Assembly: GCA_027491415.1 (NCBI GenBank)
Contig: JAOZFH010000063.1
Location: 1-64,000 of the forward strand
DNA from: Thermoproteota archaeon
Lineage (GTDB): Archaea > Korarchaeota > Korarchaeia > Korarchaeales > Korarchaeaceae
Length of the DNA stretch: 64,000 nt
Direction of reading: 5' to 3'
In this document: piece by piece, positions 1 to 10,759 of the stretch
How the letters are laid out: each line of letters starts with the position of its first letter
Position numbering within the stretch: position 1 is the stretch's first letter
Notes under the pieces: generated by a model
Database searches by the model: none
What the model was told of the DNA's origin: nothing
What the model saw: only the letters and a program-made list of their open reading frames with translations
Position numbers and translations under genes: made by a program

Positions 1-690
<690 letters not shown>

Positions 691-810
691 CGCGGACGCG
701 CCGGCCTGCGAAACGGCGACTGTGCGGGGCGCTCAGCGGCGCCCAACCGTCCTCCTTCTCGCCCGGCCGGGCTGGGGATCCCAGAGCGTACCCCTCCGCC
801 GGACCCACAG

Positions 811-818
811 TTTATTTT
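811..818 (+). promoter_or_regulatory. putative TATA box of the RNase P RNA gene
   Basis: TTTATTTT about 25 nt upstream of P1 in very GC-rich context. Confidence 0.5.
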
Positions 819-839
819 CCCGGCCTGACATCGTCACTC

Positions 840-1139
840 GGGGAGAGAGCGGGCCGGGGGGCTCGGCCCGGGAGGGCTGAGGAAGGTCCGCCCACGCCCG
901 ACCCCCGCGCCCCCGCAAGGGGGAGCCCCGAGAGGGGCTGAGGGGCCCACAGAAACGACACGTCCCCGCGGACATGGCGGTGACGCCGGCGAGGCAGAGG
1001 ACCCGCGGGGGACCGGTGAAACGCGGGCCGCCGCGGGGTGCAAGCCGCCCCGCCGTGAGCAGGTCGGGCGAGCGGGGCAGGGCGCGCAGCCCAATCCCCC
1101 CGCGAGTACAGAAGGCGGACTATGGCCCGCACTCTCCCC
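840..1139 (+). ncRNA. rnpB: RNase P RNA
   Basis: P1 ends pair (GGGGAGAGAGCGGGCC / GGCCCGCACTCTCCCC); P4 signatures GAGGAAGGTCCGCC and ACAGAAGGCGGACTAT; conserved CAGAAAC, GTGAAAC, GTGCAAG. Confidence 0.95.
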
Positions 1140-1180
1140 CGCCCGCTCCGGTGGAGGCCAGCCGCAGGGGGTCCGAGGGC

Positions 1181-1636
1181 TCACGTTCCGGAGGACGCGA
1201 GCGACACCCCCCTCTCGCAGAGCTCCACGACCCTGCTTGCCAGCTCCAGGGCCTCCCTGGCGTCCCCCTCCCCGTAGAACCTCTCGGGTGGAAGGAGGTC
1301 GAGCCCCCTGCGAATCGGGTACCTCGACATCGTCACATGAGGCTCCAACCTCTTCAGGAGGTGGATCACCTCAGCTAGCAGTTCCCTCAGCTCCCCCTCG
1401 ACCAGCCCCGAAAGCCTGTGGAGGACCAGCGAGTTCCTGTGCCGCCTGCTCGGCTTCGCGCCCACGGCTATGATTAGGGCCGACGACGCGTTCTCAGCGC
1501 TCATCGAGCTCAGGAGGACGCAGAGAGCGTACCTACCCGCGTTAATGGCGAGCCGAGCGTCCTCCAGCTGGTCCCGCGCCGTCTCTAGGTACGCGAGCGC
1601 CTCCCCGCCCTCGAGAGGACCTCCGCCCTCACCCAA
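1181..1636 (-). CDS. HEPN domain protein
   Basis: YLETARDQLEDARLAINAGRY...SRYP...DAREALELA; probable TTG start at 1636 overlapping the MNT gene. Confidence 0.85.
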   Translation of the reverse strand: MGEGGGPLEGGEALAYLETARDQLEDARLAINAGRYALCVLLSSMSAENASSALIIAVGAKPSRRHRNSLVLHRLSGLVEGELRELLAEVIHLLKRLEPHVTMSRYPIRRGLDLLPPERFYGEGDAREALELASRVVELCERGVSLASSGT

Positions 1637-2268
1637 GTCCCGGCCACCTCGTCGTACGTCCACTCCCTGAGCAGCCTCCCCCTCTGGACTGAGAGCAGGG
1701 GCCCGATCCCCGCCCTGTCCAGGAGCACCTCGTAACCCTCGAGGACTCCGAGGATGAGGGCAGTCCCGGCGGCGAGGTTTACCAGTAGGTCGTCGAGCGT
1801 CATGAAAAGGGCCTCGACCGGCACGTCGTACCTGAGCATCAGGTCTTGGACGAGGACGCTCAGCTCCCTCCAAGCCTCAACGTCCGTCACGACGAGCAGA
1901 TCAACGTCGCTGTCCTCCCTGGCCTGACCCCTGGAGACGCTCCCGAACAGCACGACGGCGAGGACCCTCTCGTCCCTCCCGAGCTCCTCGGCTATGAGCC
2001 TGGCCTTCGCCCTGAGCGAGGCCGACTCCCGGAGGTGAGCGACGAAGACCGGATCCTCGAGGACCTTGGAGGGCTCGCGCAGGCGGTAGACCCGGCCGAC
2101 CCTATCCACGACCCCGGCGGAGGTCAGCTCCCTCAGCTTGACGGAGAGCCAGCGGTCGCTCAGGCCGGTCGAGGACCTCAGCTCCCCGTACGTCTTTGGA
2201 CCCTCCAGCAGAGATGCCACTATCCTCCCCTCGGGCGTCACCTCGATCAGCCTCACCGCCCCCTCCAT
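1585..2268 (-). CDS. winged-HTH fused to minimal nucleotidyltransferase (MNT)
   Basis: N-terminal HTH (KTYGELRSSTGLSDRWLSVKLREL) and LFGSVSRG...DSDVDLLVV motif. Confidence 0.88.
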   Translation of the reverse strand: MEGAVRLIEVTPEGRIVASLLEGPKTYGELRSSTGLSDRWLSVKLRELTSAGVVDRVGRVYRLREPSKVLEDPVFVAHLRESASLRAKARLIAEELGRDERVLAVVLFGSVSRGQAREDSDVDLLVVTDVEAWRELSVLVQDLMLRYDVPVEALFMTLDDLLVNLAAGTALILGVLEGYEVLLDRAGIGPLLSVQRGRLLREWTYDEVAGTWVRAEVLSRAGRRSRT

Positions 2269-2765
2269 CGTTACTTTACTGAGTACAGTATCTATATTAT
2301 CTTCACGTCAAGGCTGGAACGATGGGTCTACCGCCAGCGAGGACTCCTCGTCGGCCAGTCGGAACCGGCGAGGTGGGGACAAGCCCAGCGAGTGATGGGG
2401 GCGGTCCACACGCCGGCGCCGGCGCAAGGCAGTCGCTGGCAAGTGCAGAAGGTGGTCCATGGCTGCACTCTCCCCCGACACCTGACTAGACCCAGCCGGC
2501 CGTCGGGCGTGCGGGGGGCCCTCTCGGCGGGTAGGCAGGGGGCTCGGATCGGTCACCCAGCTCCCAGAGGCGTAGTCAGGGCCGCGAAGATCGCCGAAGC
2601 GATGAGAAGGGCGAGTAGGATCTTCCCGGCCCGAGTATCCAAGGCGCGCGCGAAGCCCTCGCCGTCGGCTCACCTCTGCCGGCGATCCTCTCCTCGCTCT
2701 CCATCACCCTCGCGTGCCTGGGTCTGCTGGAAGTTGAGTTGGGTTGGTTGGAGGTCGACTGACCT

Positions 2766-3209
2766 ATGAGGGCGGGCGCGGCGATCCTCACGCTGGGGCT
2801 GGTCGTGTACCTGAGCACCCTGGTGAGCGCAAGCTGGTCGGGGACCTCCGCGGAGCTGACGGTGTCAGAGGACCCGGCCGTGGAACTACTGACCCTGAGG
2901 GCCGGCCGGTACGTCTTGAACGTGAGGGCGGAGTGCCCGGTGAGGGTCAGGGTTTACTCCGCCCTCACGAACCGAACGGTGGCCTCTGCAGGCGCCGCTA
3001 CGAGGGGCACCCTGACCCTGGACATCCCCGAGAGCTCGATATACGCGGTGGAGTTCGGGGCGAGCGAGCGCGCGGTCTGCGGGGTGAAGGCGTGGGTCGG
3101 CCCGATCGAGACCAGGAGAACCCTCACCTCCAAGCTGGCGCTCTCAACGGCCTGCACGGGGTTTGCGCTGGAGGCGTTCTATCGGCTCGGCAGACGCAGA
3201 TCGCCTTGA
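2766..3209 (+). CDS. hypothetical membrane-anchored protein
   Basis: hydrophobic N- and C-termini around a beta-rich core. Confidence 0.6.
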   Translation: MRAGAAILTLGLVVYLSTLVSASWSGTSAELTVSEDPAVELLTLRAGRYVLNVRAECPVRVRVYSALTNRTVASAGAATRGTLTLDIPESSIYAVEFGASERAVCGVKAWVGPIETRRTLTSKLALSTACTGFALEAFYRLGRRRSP

Positions 3210-3371
3210 GGATGGAGCCGCCGAGGGGAGGTGAACCGAGAACAAGCGAATCTACGCAGATTTCCGCGTGAGAGCGACGCGTGATGCGCCGGACGGGGAG
3301 CAATCCGCGCAAGCCTCAAAACCTCCCCCGCCAGAAACCGTCGATTCAAGCCCCGGCACACGAGTAGAGGA

Positions 3372-3660
3372 TGGAGGGCGCATGTTCCTGCGCGCTCGAT
3401 TCGGCATTGACAAAGAGGCGCTGTTCACGCCGCGCGGCGGAGGAGGAGGCCCTGGGGGGCTGAGCCTTGGTTCTCATGGAGAACGACGTCATATTCGCCT
3501 ACATGAACGAGGGGGATAAGAACCACGAGGTCGCCCGCGGGATTTTTGAGAAGATCAGGGCCGGAGAACTCAGCGTGTACCTGTCCAGCGTGGGGCTGAT
3601 CGAGATGGAACTCATCTACGGATCTCAGGAGAGGGAGGGGAGGCTCCTGCGAAGTCAGCC
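3372..3660 (+). pseudogene. decayed vapBC: antitoxin tail plus truncated PIN domain
   Basis: 3467 ORF starts like a PIN (VLMENDVIFAYMNEGDKNH...LSSVGLIEMEL) and then loses similarity; antitoxin-like tail RAAEEEALGG just upstream. Confidence 0.65.
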
Positions 3661-4023
3661 CAGACGGGCTAGAGGCGAGACTCCGCTTGCGGGAGGGTGC
3701 CGACGGGGGGCCAGGAGGTGGCGGGGCTGGCGGCCGGGCGTTCCAGGGGAGAGTTCGTGAAGTCGCGGAAGAAGGAGAGACGGGGAAACAACCCCAAACA
3801 CGAGTACGGGATCTGCAGAGTTCACCTCGACTCCAAAGGCGTCTTGCTGAAGATTCTGGCGGACGTCAAGGAACTTAGGCGGGATCTCGATGGGGATGGG
3901 GGGCCGTGGGGAGGGTTAGAGGCCTCCCCCGGCGAGAGGGGCGGAGCGGCGAGGCGCTCGGCGCGGACCCACCTGAAGTTTATATACCGGCTCGGCAGAC
4001 TAGTCTGACTGGCGGGGCGAGGC

Positions 4024-4098
4024 AGCGGGGTGGGGCAGCCTGGTCAGCCCGCCGGGCTCATAACCCGGAGGTCGGTGGTTCAAATCCACCCCCCGCTA
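4024..4098 (+). tRNA. tRNA-Met (CAT), initiator
   Basis: cloverleaf, A1-U72, three consecutive G-C pairs in the anticodon stem, loop CTCATAA; CCA not encoded. Confidence 0.96.
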
Positions 4099-4104
4099 CT
4101 TCCA

Positions 4105-4145
4105 TAATTTTAACGAATTTGATCGTTTTCTGTTTAATATTTGCA
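4105..4145 (+). terminator. T-rich tract after tRNA-iMet
   Basis: several T runs immediately downstream of the tRNA. Confidence 0.4.
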
Positions 4146-4321
4146 CTGAAAAGTAAGACCCCAGCGGCCCGGGCAGTGTATCCCCCTCTCGCCAAAGACG
4201 AGCCGCTCAAGAGGATCAGCGACCGTTGGTGAGTTCAGCAACGCTGAAGAACATCCGGCCAATTAGCAGTCAGCTCTCCTCTGCGAAATGGAGCCTACGG
4301 TTGACTCTGCTTAAATCAGTG

Positions 4322-4483
4322 CTAGTAGCCGTGCCTCTCGAGGAAATCGTGCAGCGCCATCCTAACGAGCTCCGAGAAGCTCCCCAGCCCCTTCTCCTTT
4401 ATGAACCTCTCCGCCCTGTCCACGAGGGGCCTCGGAAAGCTCATGGTCTTGTTCACCCACTCGATCTCCCTCTGCCTACCCAT
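4322..4483 (-). CDS. 53-aa ribbon-helix-helix (CopG-like) protein, absent from the ORF track
   Basis: MGRQREIEWVNKTMSFPRPLVDRAERFIKEKGLGSFSELVRMALHDFLERHGY; RHH pattern with S-x-SELVR. Confidence 0.85.
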   Translation of the reverse strand: MGRQREIEWVNKTMSFPRPLVDRAERFIKEKGLGSFSELVRMALHDFLERHGY

Positions 4484-4606
4484 ACCTGCTCAGGATGTCT
4501 GGAGAGTGCACGCTATATTCGCATTGCCTAAGCGGGGCGTCCCCCGAAATGCTTATATGTTATATGCATCTTATATACATGAAAAAGATGTATCAATGGT
4601 GGGATT

Positions 4607-5612
4607 ATGGGGGGCAGACGCATCCCCCGCAACCTCAGGCTGAAGCTCTACAGGGAGGTCCTAGAACTACGCGAGGCAGGAATTAGCTACAGAAAGATCC
4701 AGAGAGTCATAAAGGATAAGTATGGCGTGGAAATAAGCAGGTCCAACATATCCTACTGGGTCAGGGGCCTCCACTCTCCACTGAACGAGCCCTACAACCA
4801 CCTAGACACCTCTAGAGAGCGAGATCTCGCCTGGATCGCCGGAATGCTCGCCGGAGACGGCTCGATCAAGGTGAACAGGAAGGGTCGATTTCTGGCGCTC
4901 AAGGTGAGGGACAGGGAGCTGGCGGAAGAGGCGGCGAGGAGGCTCGCCAACGTGATGGGGAGGGGCAGGCCCTACGCCGTCAACAGGCTGGGGGATGGCA
5001 GGTACTACGTTCAGGTCCAGTCCAGAGAACTCGTGGACCACCTGAGCGTCAGAGAGAACGTCTTCCTCCACCTGGAGAGAAGCCCAAGGGAGTTCATCGA
5101 AGCGTTCTTCGACTGTGAGGGCGGTCCGACCGGATTCGTGAAGGTTTCCGGGAGGTTCGGCGCCAGTATTGAGGTTGGCAACACGGACAGGGGTCTGCTC
5201 GAGGCCGTCGCGTTGAAGCTCTCAGAGATGGGGATCAGATGCAGCGTCTCGCTGCACCACTTTAGGGGGGGACTCCTTCGTGACGAGTAAGGGGAGGGCC
5301 GTGGCCAAGAGGGATTGCTACTCCCTCCAAATCGGTGGTCGGGAGAGCATCGTGAGGTATCGGGATGAGATAGGGTTCGTCACCACAAGGAAGCGGAGAA
5401 AGCTGGATGACATCTCGTACATCCTAACAGAGTTCGGAACAGGGTGGGAGGCGGCCGTTGAGTGGATCAGGAGGTACGAGTACAGGATGGGGGAGGGTCG
5501 GCAGAGGTGGTTTAGGAGGAGCCGCCCGCTGGAGTGGGGAGAGGCAGAGAGGGAGTACGAGAGGTTCCTCTCCCGGAGGAGGGCGATGCTGAGAGCGCAG
5601 GGGGGTCAGTAA
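4607..5612 (+). pseudogene. free-standing HTH + double-LAGLIDADG endonuclease, frameshifted at a G7 run (5265-5271)
   Basis: motifs LAWIAGMLAGDGSI and FIEAFFDCEGG; removing one G joins ORFs 4607..5290 and 5280..5612 (HFRGDSFVTSKGR...EIGF...RKRRKL). Confidence 0.85.
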
Positions 5613-5639
5613 ACAGATCGATGCCAAACCTGGGTTCGG

Positions 5640-5712
5640 CTAAAGCAGTCCCTTCCTCTCGCACTCCTCCAGCGCCTCCTCCCACCTCTTCCTGTCTCCG
5701 TAGCCCTCCAGC
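5640..5712 (-). repeat. 73-bp dispersed repeat, copy 1 (orphan gene 3' end)
   Basis: 67/73 identical to 44776..44848; encodes LEGYGDRKRWEEALEECERKGLL*. Confidence 0.85.
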
Positions 5713-5865
5713 CCCTCAAAACATCAAGAAACCGACAGAGGTCCCAAGATTAATCGTCCAGTGGTAGCTTCCTGCCATGAGAGGTGGATCGGCTGACCCG
5801 CCCGTCGCTTCCATTGGGGGAAGCGATTATATCATTGGGGATAAATTGGCATATCTGGGGATAAG

Positions 5866-6129
5866 TTGGCGTACGTGGCCAGAGTGGATGACAGGGAGAG
5901 GGTGAAGCTCCCAAAGGGGCTCGTGAAGCCGGGGGAGAGAGTCGTCGTTATACCTGCTGGCAGGAGGATCGTCCTCATTCCCGTACCCCCGAGGCCGAGG
6001 GAGGCCAGCTCGTCCTGGTTAAAGACCAGGCTCGGGAGGGGGGAGCTGAGGAGGCTGGCCCAGGCCAGGGCTCTCGAGGAGTTGGGAGAGAAGATGGCCA
6101 GGAGGGGGGAGCGTGCTCATAGAGACTGA
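5866..6129 (+). CDS. vapB: AbrB-type VapB antitoxin
   Basis: ARVDDRERVKLPK...PGERVVVI; overlaps the PIN gene. Confidence 0.82.
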   Translation: MAYVARVDDRERVKLPKGLVKPGERVVVIPAGRRIVLIPVPPRPREASSSWLKTRLGRGELRRLAQARALEELGEKMARRGERAHRD

Positions 6130-6553
6130 CGTGCTGGTGGCGCACGTCAAGGAGAGCGACTGGCTCAAGCGCCCGTCGGAGGCGATACTTGAGGCGGCCG
6201 AGTCCGGCGAGCTGAGCCTGTGCGCCAGCAGTGAGTCCCTCCACGAGTTATACTACCTGGGAGTGAGGCTGGGGATCGATCTTGAGACCCTCCTCGCCAA
6301 GATCGCATCCCTCCTCATGATTGAGGGGATAGAGTGGCTCCCGTCCACGGCGGAGGTCTCCCTGACGGCCCTCACGCTAATGGTGGAGTACGGGCTGAGC
6401 TCCATCTTCAACGCCTACTACGCGGCCACCGCCCTCCTCATGGATCCCGACAGGACGGTCGTATCCACGGACACGGCGTACGACTCCGTGCCTGGACTGA
6501 GGAGAGTGGATCCCAGGGACCTCGCCCGATCCCTCGGGACCTCCGGTCGATGA
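6113..6553 (+). CDS. vapC: PIN-domain VapC toxin
   Basis: LIETDVL...LHEL...FNAYYAATAL...VSTDTAYD. Confidence 0.9.
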   Translation: MLIETDVLVAHVKESDWLKRPSEAILEAAESGELSLCASSESLHELYYLGVRLGIDLETLLAKIASLLMIEGIEWLPSTAEVSLTALTLMVEYGLSSIFNAYYAATALLMDPDRTVVSTDTAYDSVPGLRRVDPRDLARSLGTSGR

Positions 6554-6674
6554 GCCTGAGGGTCCGCAGCTCGTGCGCGATGAAGCTTGGGGCTAGTCGT
6601 TTGGAGAGCTCGTCCCGCACGGCGTTCCCTCCGGCGCACAGGCTTATATTGGAGGCATCACGAGTAGGCGATGT

Positions 6675-6914
6675 ATGACAGTAATTACTGTAAGGATCGA
6701 CGAGGAGACCAAGAGGCTGATGGAGCGGATCAGGATAAACTGGAGCGAGTTCATTAGGAATGCCATAAGGAGCAAGATCGCTGAGGAGAGGAGGAAGAAT
6801 CTCGCGAAGGCCGTCCTGATCAATGAGAGGTTGAGGAAGAAGAGCAGGGGAGAGGCGAGAGCCGAGGAGATAGTCAGGAAGTTCAGGGATGAGAGGTATG
6901 GAGGCGGTCGTTGA
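6675..6914 (+). CDS. vapB: RHH-type VapB antitoxin
   Basis: VITVRIDEETKRLMERIRINWSEFIRNAI. Confidence 0.88.
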   Translation: MTVITVRIDEETKRLMERIRINWSEFIRNAIRSKIAEERRKNLAKAVLINERLRKKSRGEARAEEIVRKFRDERYGGGR

Positions 6915-7317
6915 CGCGAGCGTCGTGGTGAAGTGGTTCGTTGAGGAAGAGGGCTCAGAGCTGGCGCTGAGGTTGAGGGACAGGTACATCGACGGGGAGA
7001 TCGAGTTAATAGCCCCAGAGCTCATCACGTTCGAGGTGCTCAACGCCCTACGCTACAAGGGGCTGTTCACGGAGGAGGAGATGGCGCAGGTTCAGGAGGC
7101 CCTGGAGGCCTATGCCTTCTCCCTCTACTCCCTGAGTGGTGACTACGCTAGGAAGACCTTGGAGGTGGCATTCAGGAACGACATCACGGTCTACGACGCA
7201 TCCTACGTGGCCCTAGCCGTGGTCAGGGAGACCCACCTGTACACAGCCGACGAAGATCTGAGGAGAAGGCTGAAGGAACCCTACTCGAAGCACGTCAGGG
7301 GTTTAAGGGAAGTCTAG
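6898..7317 (+). CDS. vapC: PIN-domain VapC toxin
   Basis: VVDASVVVKWF...FEVLNAL...YDASYVALA...TADEDL. Confidence 0.93.
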   Translation: MEAVVDASVVVKWFVEEEGSELALRLRDRYIDGEIELIAPELITFEVLNALRYKGLFTEEEMAQVQEALEAYAFSLYSLSGDYARKTLEVAFRNDITVYDASYVALAVVRETHLYTADEDLRRRLKEPYSKHVRGLREV

Positions 7318-7450
7318 CTCGGCTTCAGATGGAAATTTCAGAGGGGCGGCCCTCCCACCCACTCTCTTCCTCTATTGGCCTCTCAGCTCTCTGTTTTGGG
7401 CTCTCCCCCACATAAGCAGAGTGGATTTGTGGAAAAGATCCCACGCCCCT

Positions 7451-7763
7451 CTAACCCTTCTTGAGACCTAGGATGAGGCCGACCAGGAAGGAACCGGACG
7501 GAAGCGCGCTTGAGATCAGGAAATCCACCAGAGCCCCCACCTGAACGTATCCGCGCCGGGTCAAGTTCTGCACCAGGGACCCCATCCTCTCCACGTTGAT
7601 CGCGATCACGCCCCGCTCCTCATAGATAGAATAGAATCAGGAGGAACGAGCCGAGAAGCACCAGGGCGGCCTTCACAATCTTCTTGACTGTGTAACCTAC
7701 GACGAAACCGAGCGCGGCGGGGATCCCTACGTCAACTGCTATGAGGGTCGTCGCGTCCCCCAT
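7451..7763 (-). pseudogene. FUN14-family membrane protein with one frameshift near 7625
   Basis: LGFVVGYTVKKIVKAALVLLG..., then EERGVIAINV...GSFLVGLILGLKKG* in the +1 frame; absent from the ORF track. Confidence 0.8.
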
Positions 7764-7953
7764 GAGGGTCGGATAGTCCAGATCCGGTCTGAGATTTTAG
7801 GATGACCCACCCCCCCAGAGTCACGACGCTGAGAGGCATGAAAACATCCTGCTTTTTTAGAGCCGCCGAGCCGACTCTGTTGGGTCGAGAACGGAGGACG
7901 GTGATGGCACGTTCTCCGACATTATTCGGTTAGATGAGGAGCGGAGCGTCCTT

Positions 7954-8418
7954 GTGATGCCGCTCGAGCTGGGGGAGAGGGATCCCTCTTGGCTCGAGCG
8001 CCTGGCGCTGGATGCGGGGGCGGAGCTGGCGGTGGCGGTCAACTGGAGGCTCGTCGCGTCAGCGAGGCACGCGGCCATGGCCGTCAGAAGGGCCCTCAGA
8101 TCATTCGGAGCGGGCTCGGCGATCGGGAAGACACTGAGGACCGAGTTCCTCGTCTGTCTCACGGGTACGAGGCAGGTCTCCCGCGCCATCACCCTGGCCA
8201 AGCCAGAGGGAGACCGCTGCACGCTCGTCTGCGTGGCCCAAGATCCTCGCGGGGTCTTGGAGCGTGTCTACTCGTCCGGAGCCATCTGCGTGGACTATCC
8301 AGACGCAGGCGAGGTCTTGGAGGCCCTCGGGGCTGGGTCCTTCTCGGGGGGAACCTGCACGGGCTCGCTCGAGGCGCTGGCGCTGGAGGCCTCGGCCAGG
8401 GTGGAGCTCGACAGGTGA
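7954..8418 (+). CDS. cgi121: KEOPS complex subunit Cgi121
   Basis: EFLVCLTGTRQVSRAI motif. Confidence 0.78.
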   Translation: MMPLELGERDPSWLERLALDAGAELAVAVNWRLVASARHAAMAVRRALRSFGAGSAIGKTLRTEFLVCLTGTRQVSRAITLAKPEGDRCTLVCVAQDPRGVLERVYSSGAICVDYPDAGEVLEALGAGSFSGGTCTGSLEALALEASARVELDR

Positions 8419-8476
8419 CAGACCTACCGGCGGGCGCGGCGCCAACGTTTTAGATTGTGGAGGAGTCGGCCGCCAG

Positions 8477-8833
8477 GTGAACCGCTTGTCGGAGTCCAAG
8501 GAGGAGACCGGGTACGCTGAGGCGAGGTACAGGCAGCTCCTGGAGAGGCTGGAGCTCCTCAGGAACCAGATAGCGACCCTCACGGCGTCCCTCCAGTCCA
8601 TGAAGCAGGCACTCCAGAGGCTCGAGAAGCTCGAGAACGTCGAGACCGTGTACGAGAGGGCCGGGCACATCCTGGTCCCCAGGAAGAGGGATGAGGCCCT
8701 CGAGGAGCTCAAGCTCAACGTGGAGGCCACCGAGTCCATCCTGAAGAAGTACCAAGAGGAGGAGCGGGAGGTCCGGACGGAGCTCAGGCAGCTGATAGAG
8801 GGGCTGAGCTCCGGCGGCGCAGGCTCCTCCTGA
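8477..8833 (+). CDS. pfdB: prefoldin beta subunit
   Basis: coiled coils flanking VYERAGHILV hairpin; start reassigned. Confidence 0.82.
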   Translation: MNRLSESKEETGYAEARYRQLLERLELLRNQIATLTASLQSMKQALQRLEKLENVETVYERAGHILVPRKRDEALEELKLNVEATESILKKYQEEEREVRTELRQLIEGLSSGGAGSS

Positions 8834-8866
8834 GCCGGTTATCGAGCCCTGATTCGGGTGATCGGC

Positions 8867-10273
8867 TCACCGCCTCGTCGACTCAGCGAGCAGTGCCAAG
8901 AGCCTCTGGAGTTCCGATGCGGGGATCGAGAGGCCCGCCGCGGCCGAGTGGCCGCCCCCCTCCCCTCCTAGTTCTGCGGCCGCCCTCGAGGCGAGTTCGC
9001 CGGCGTCCAGACCAGACTCCCCGCCCTCTTGGGTGAGCCTCAGGGAGAGCTTGACGCGCCCGGGATTCTCGGGCTCCTCCGCCGCGACGGCCACCAGCAG
9101 CACCCCCTCCTCGGGCGGGGACCTCGCCGCTATGGAGGCCACCGGACTGGTCAACGTGTCCCTCAGCCTCCCCCTGCCATCGACGAATAGCACGCCGCCC
9201 TCGACCCGCTGGACTTCGCTCAGCACGTCCAAGAACTGAGCCAGCTCTCTCCTGTACTCGGAGAGCACCCGATTTGCCGCCTCGAGGGCGCGACCCCTCC
9301 TGCCCAGGCCGAGGGCGAGGCCCACATCCGCGCGGCCCATCCTGCCGCACGCGTTCAGCACGGTGGCGAATGTGCCGAGGTCCCTCAGGGGGGAGCCCGG
9401 GGGCTCGGTGAGGAGAGTGTAGACCGTTCCAAGGAGCTGGTCGGGCGAGGCCCTCTGGCCCCAGGCGGCAAGTCTCTTCACGATCTCGCTCAGCAGGGCG
9501 CGCCTCTGCTCCTCTGTCAGGTCGGAGAGCGTCGTCATTCGATCTCCCGTCTTCGGGGGGATATCCAGGCTCTCGAGTATCTCGAGGGCGCCGGAGGAAC
9601 TCCCAGACACGCCCGGTATTGGCGGGTCGACGGTCCTCTCGAGGGCGAGGAGGAGGGGGTACTCCGGCCCCCCGAAGAGCCTGAGCTCTGTGTGGGCCTC
9701 CACAAGGCCCATCTCCGTTGCCTGCCTAAGGATCTCCTCGTTCACGCCTGAGAAGCCGTTCCTCGATTGTACGTCTCCTATGGCGCCCAGGAGGGCAAGG
9801 TGCGCCGGCCGGGGCCCGTCAGGGAGCGTCGCCCGGAAGAGGGCGTACGCCACGCCCGCGGCCGAGACCTCCTGCCCGCCGTCGATCCCCAGATCGTGCG
9901 GATTCAGTTCCTCCACGCCCTCCGGGGTCTCGCCGACGGGCTCGTGGTGGTCAACCACTATAACCCTCGCCCGCGAGGCCGCGCCGGAGAGGCGCTCCCT
10001 GTAGCCCGAGCCCATGTCGGACACTATGAGGAGCCCGTAGGACTCCCCGAGCTCCTTGGCCGGGTCCTCAGGGAACCTCTTGACGAAAGAGGCGTGGAAC
10101 GGTATCCTGAGCTCCAAGAGAAGCCAGGCCAGGACGGAGGCTGAGCTAATGCCGTCGGCGTCAATGTGAGAAAGCAGGCGAGCCGGACCACTGACCTCCC
10201 GAAGGGCCGAGGCCGGACCGCTCGCCGCCCTCTCTACCAGCAGCCTGAACCTCTCAGAGGGCTCAGCTTGCAA
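8867..10273 (-). CDS. DHH phosphoesterase, RecJ/Cdc45-like (GAN-type)
   Basis: HIDADG, SDMG, DHH, GAIGD, GGGH motifs; directly follows rps15. Confidence 0.92.
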   Translation of the reverse strand: MQAEPSERFRLLVERAASGPASALREVSGPARLLSHIDADGISSASVLAWLLLELRIPFHASFVKRFPEDPAKELGESYGLLIVSDMGSGYRERLSGAASRARVIVVDHHEPVGETPEGVEELNPHDLGIDGGQEVSAAGVAYALFRATLPDGPRPAHLALLGAIGDVQSRNGFSGVNEEILRQATEMGLVEAHTELRLFGGPEYPLLLALERTVDPPIPGVSGSSSGALEILESLDIPPKTGDRMTTLSDLTEEQRRALLSEIVKRLAAWGQRASPDQLLGTVYTLLTEPPGSPLRDLGTFATVLNACGRMGRADVGLALGLGRRGRALEAANRVLSEYRRELAQFLDVLSEVQRVEGGVLFVDGRGRLRDTLTSPVASIAARSPPEEGVLLVAVAAEEPENPGRVKLSLRLTQEGGESGLDAGELASRAAAELGGEGGGHSAAAGLSIPASELQRLLALLAESTRR

Positions 10274-10718
10274 GCAGCTCGGCCCTCTTCGGGTCGTACT
10301 TCCAGTCGGGCGGGAGCTTGCCTACCCTCCTGTAGTACTTCGCTAGCCTGTGGATCTTGGACTCGATGAGCTGGAGCCCCCTCCTTGAGTGGAGGTCCTT
10401 CCTGTGAGTCTCGAGGTGCCTCCTTATCCTGAGGGCCCTCCTGATCAGAGCCTGGAGGTCCTCGGGGATCTCGGGGGCGGCGTCGTGCTCCGCTAGCACC
10501 TTGGTCAACTTCTTGCCTAGGACCCTCCTGACGAGCGGGACGCCGTAGACATCCCTCAGGATCATGCCTATCTGGCTGGGCGGGACGCCTCGCTTGCCAA
10601 GCTTGACGATTATCTCCTCTATCTCCTCCTTGCTCAGAGAGACCCAGTCGAGCGGGACGCTGGCCGGGGGCCTCGTGGACTCCGACTTGCCCCGCTTCCT
10701 GCTGTGCATCCTGGCCAA
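10263..10718 (-). CDS. rps15: 30S ribosomal protein S15 (uS15)
   Basis: [11 protein letters not shown]...IGMILRD...[13 protein letters not shown]; probable TTG start. Confidence 0.97.
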   Translation of the reverse strand: MARMHSRKRGKSESTRPPASVPLDWVSLSKEEIEEIIVKLGKRGVPPSQIGMILRDVYGVPLVRRVLGKKLTKVLAEHDAAPEIPEDLQALIRRALRIRRHLETHRKDLHSRRGLQLIESKIHRLAKYYRRVGKLPPDWKYDPKRAELLAS

Positions 10719-10759
10719 CCGTATCACCCGGTTCCTTCCCGCCTCTCAGGCCCTCCCCG

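Noticed and set aside
2300-2763. short hydrophobic frames upstream of 2766
   Set aside because: no coherent ORF; possibly debris but not supportable
4607-5612. LAGLIDADG as an intein or intron-encoded ORF
   Set aside because: no splicing termini or interrupted host gene; the neighbouring tRNA is intact
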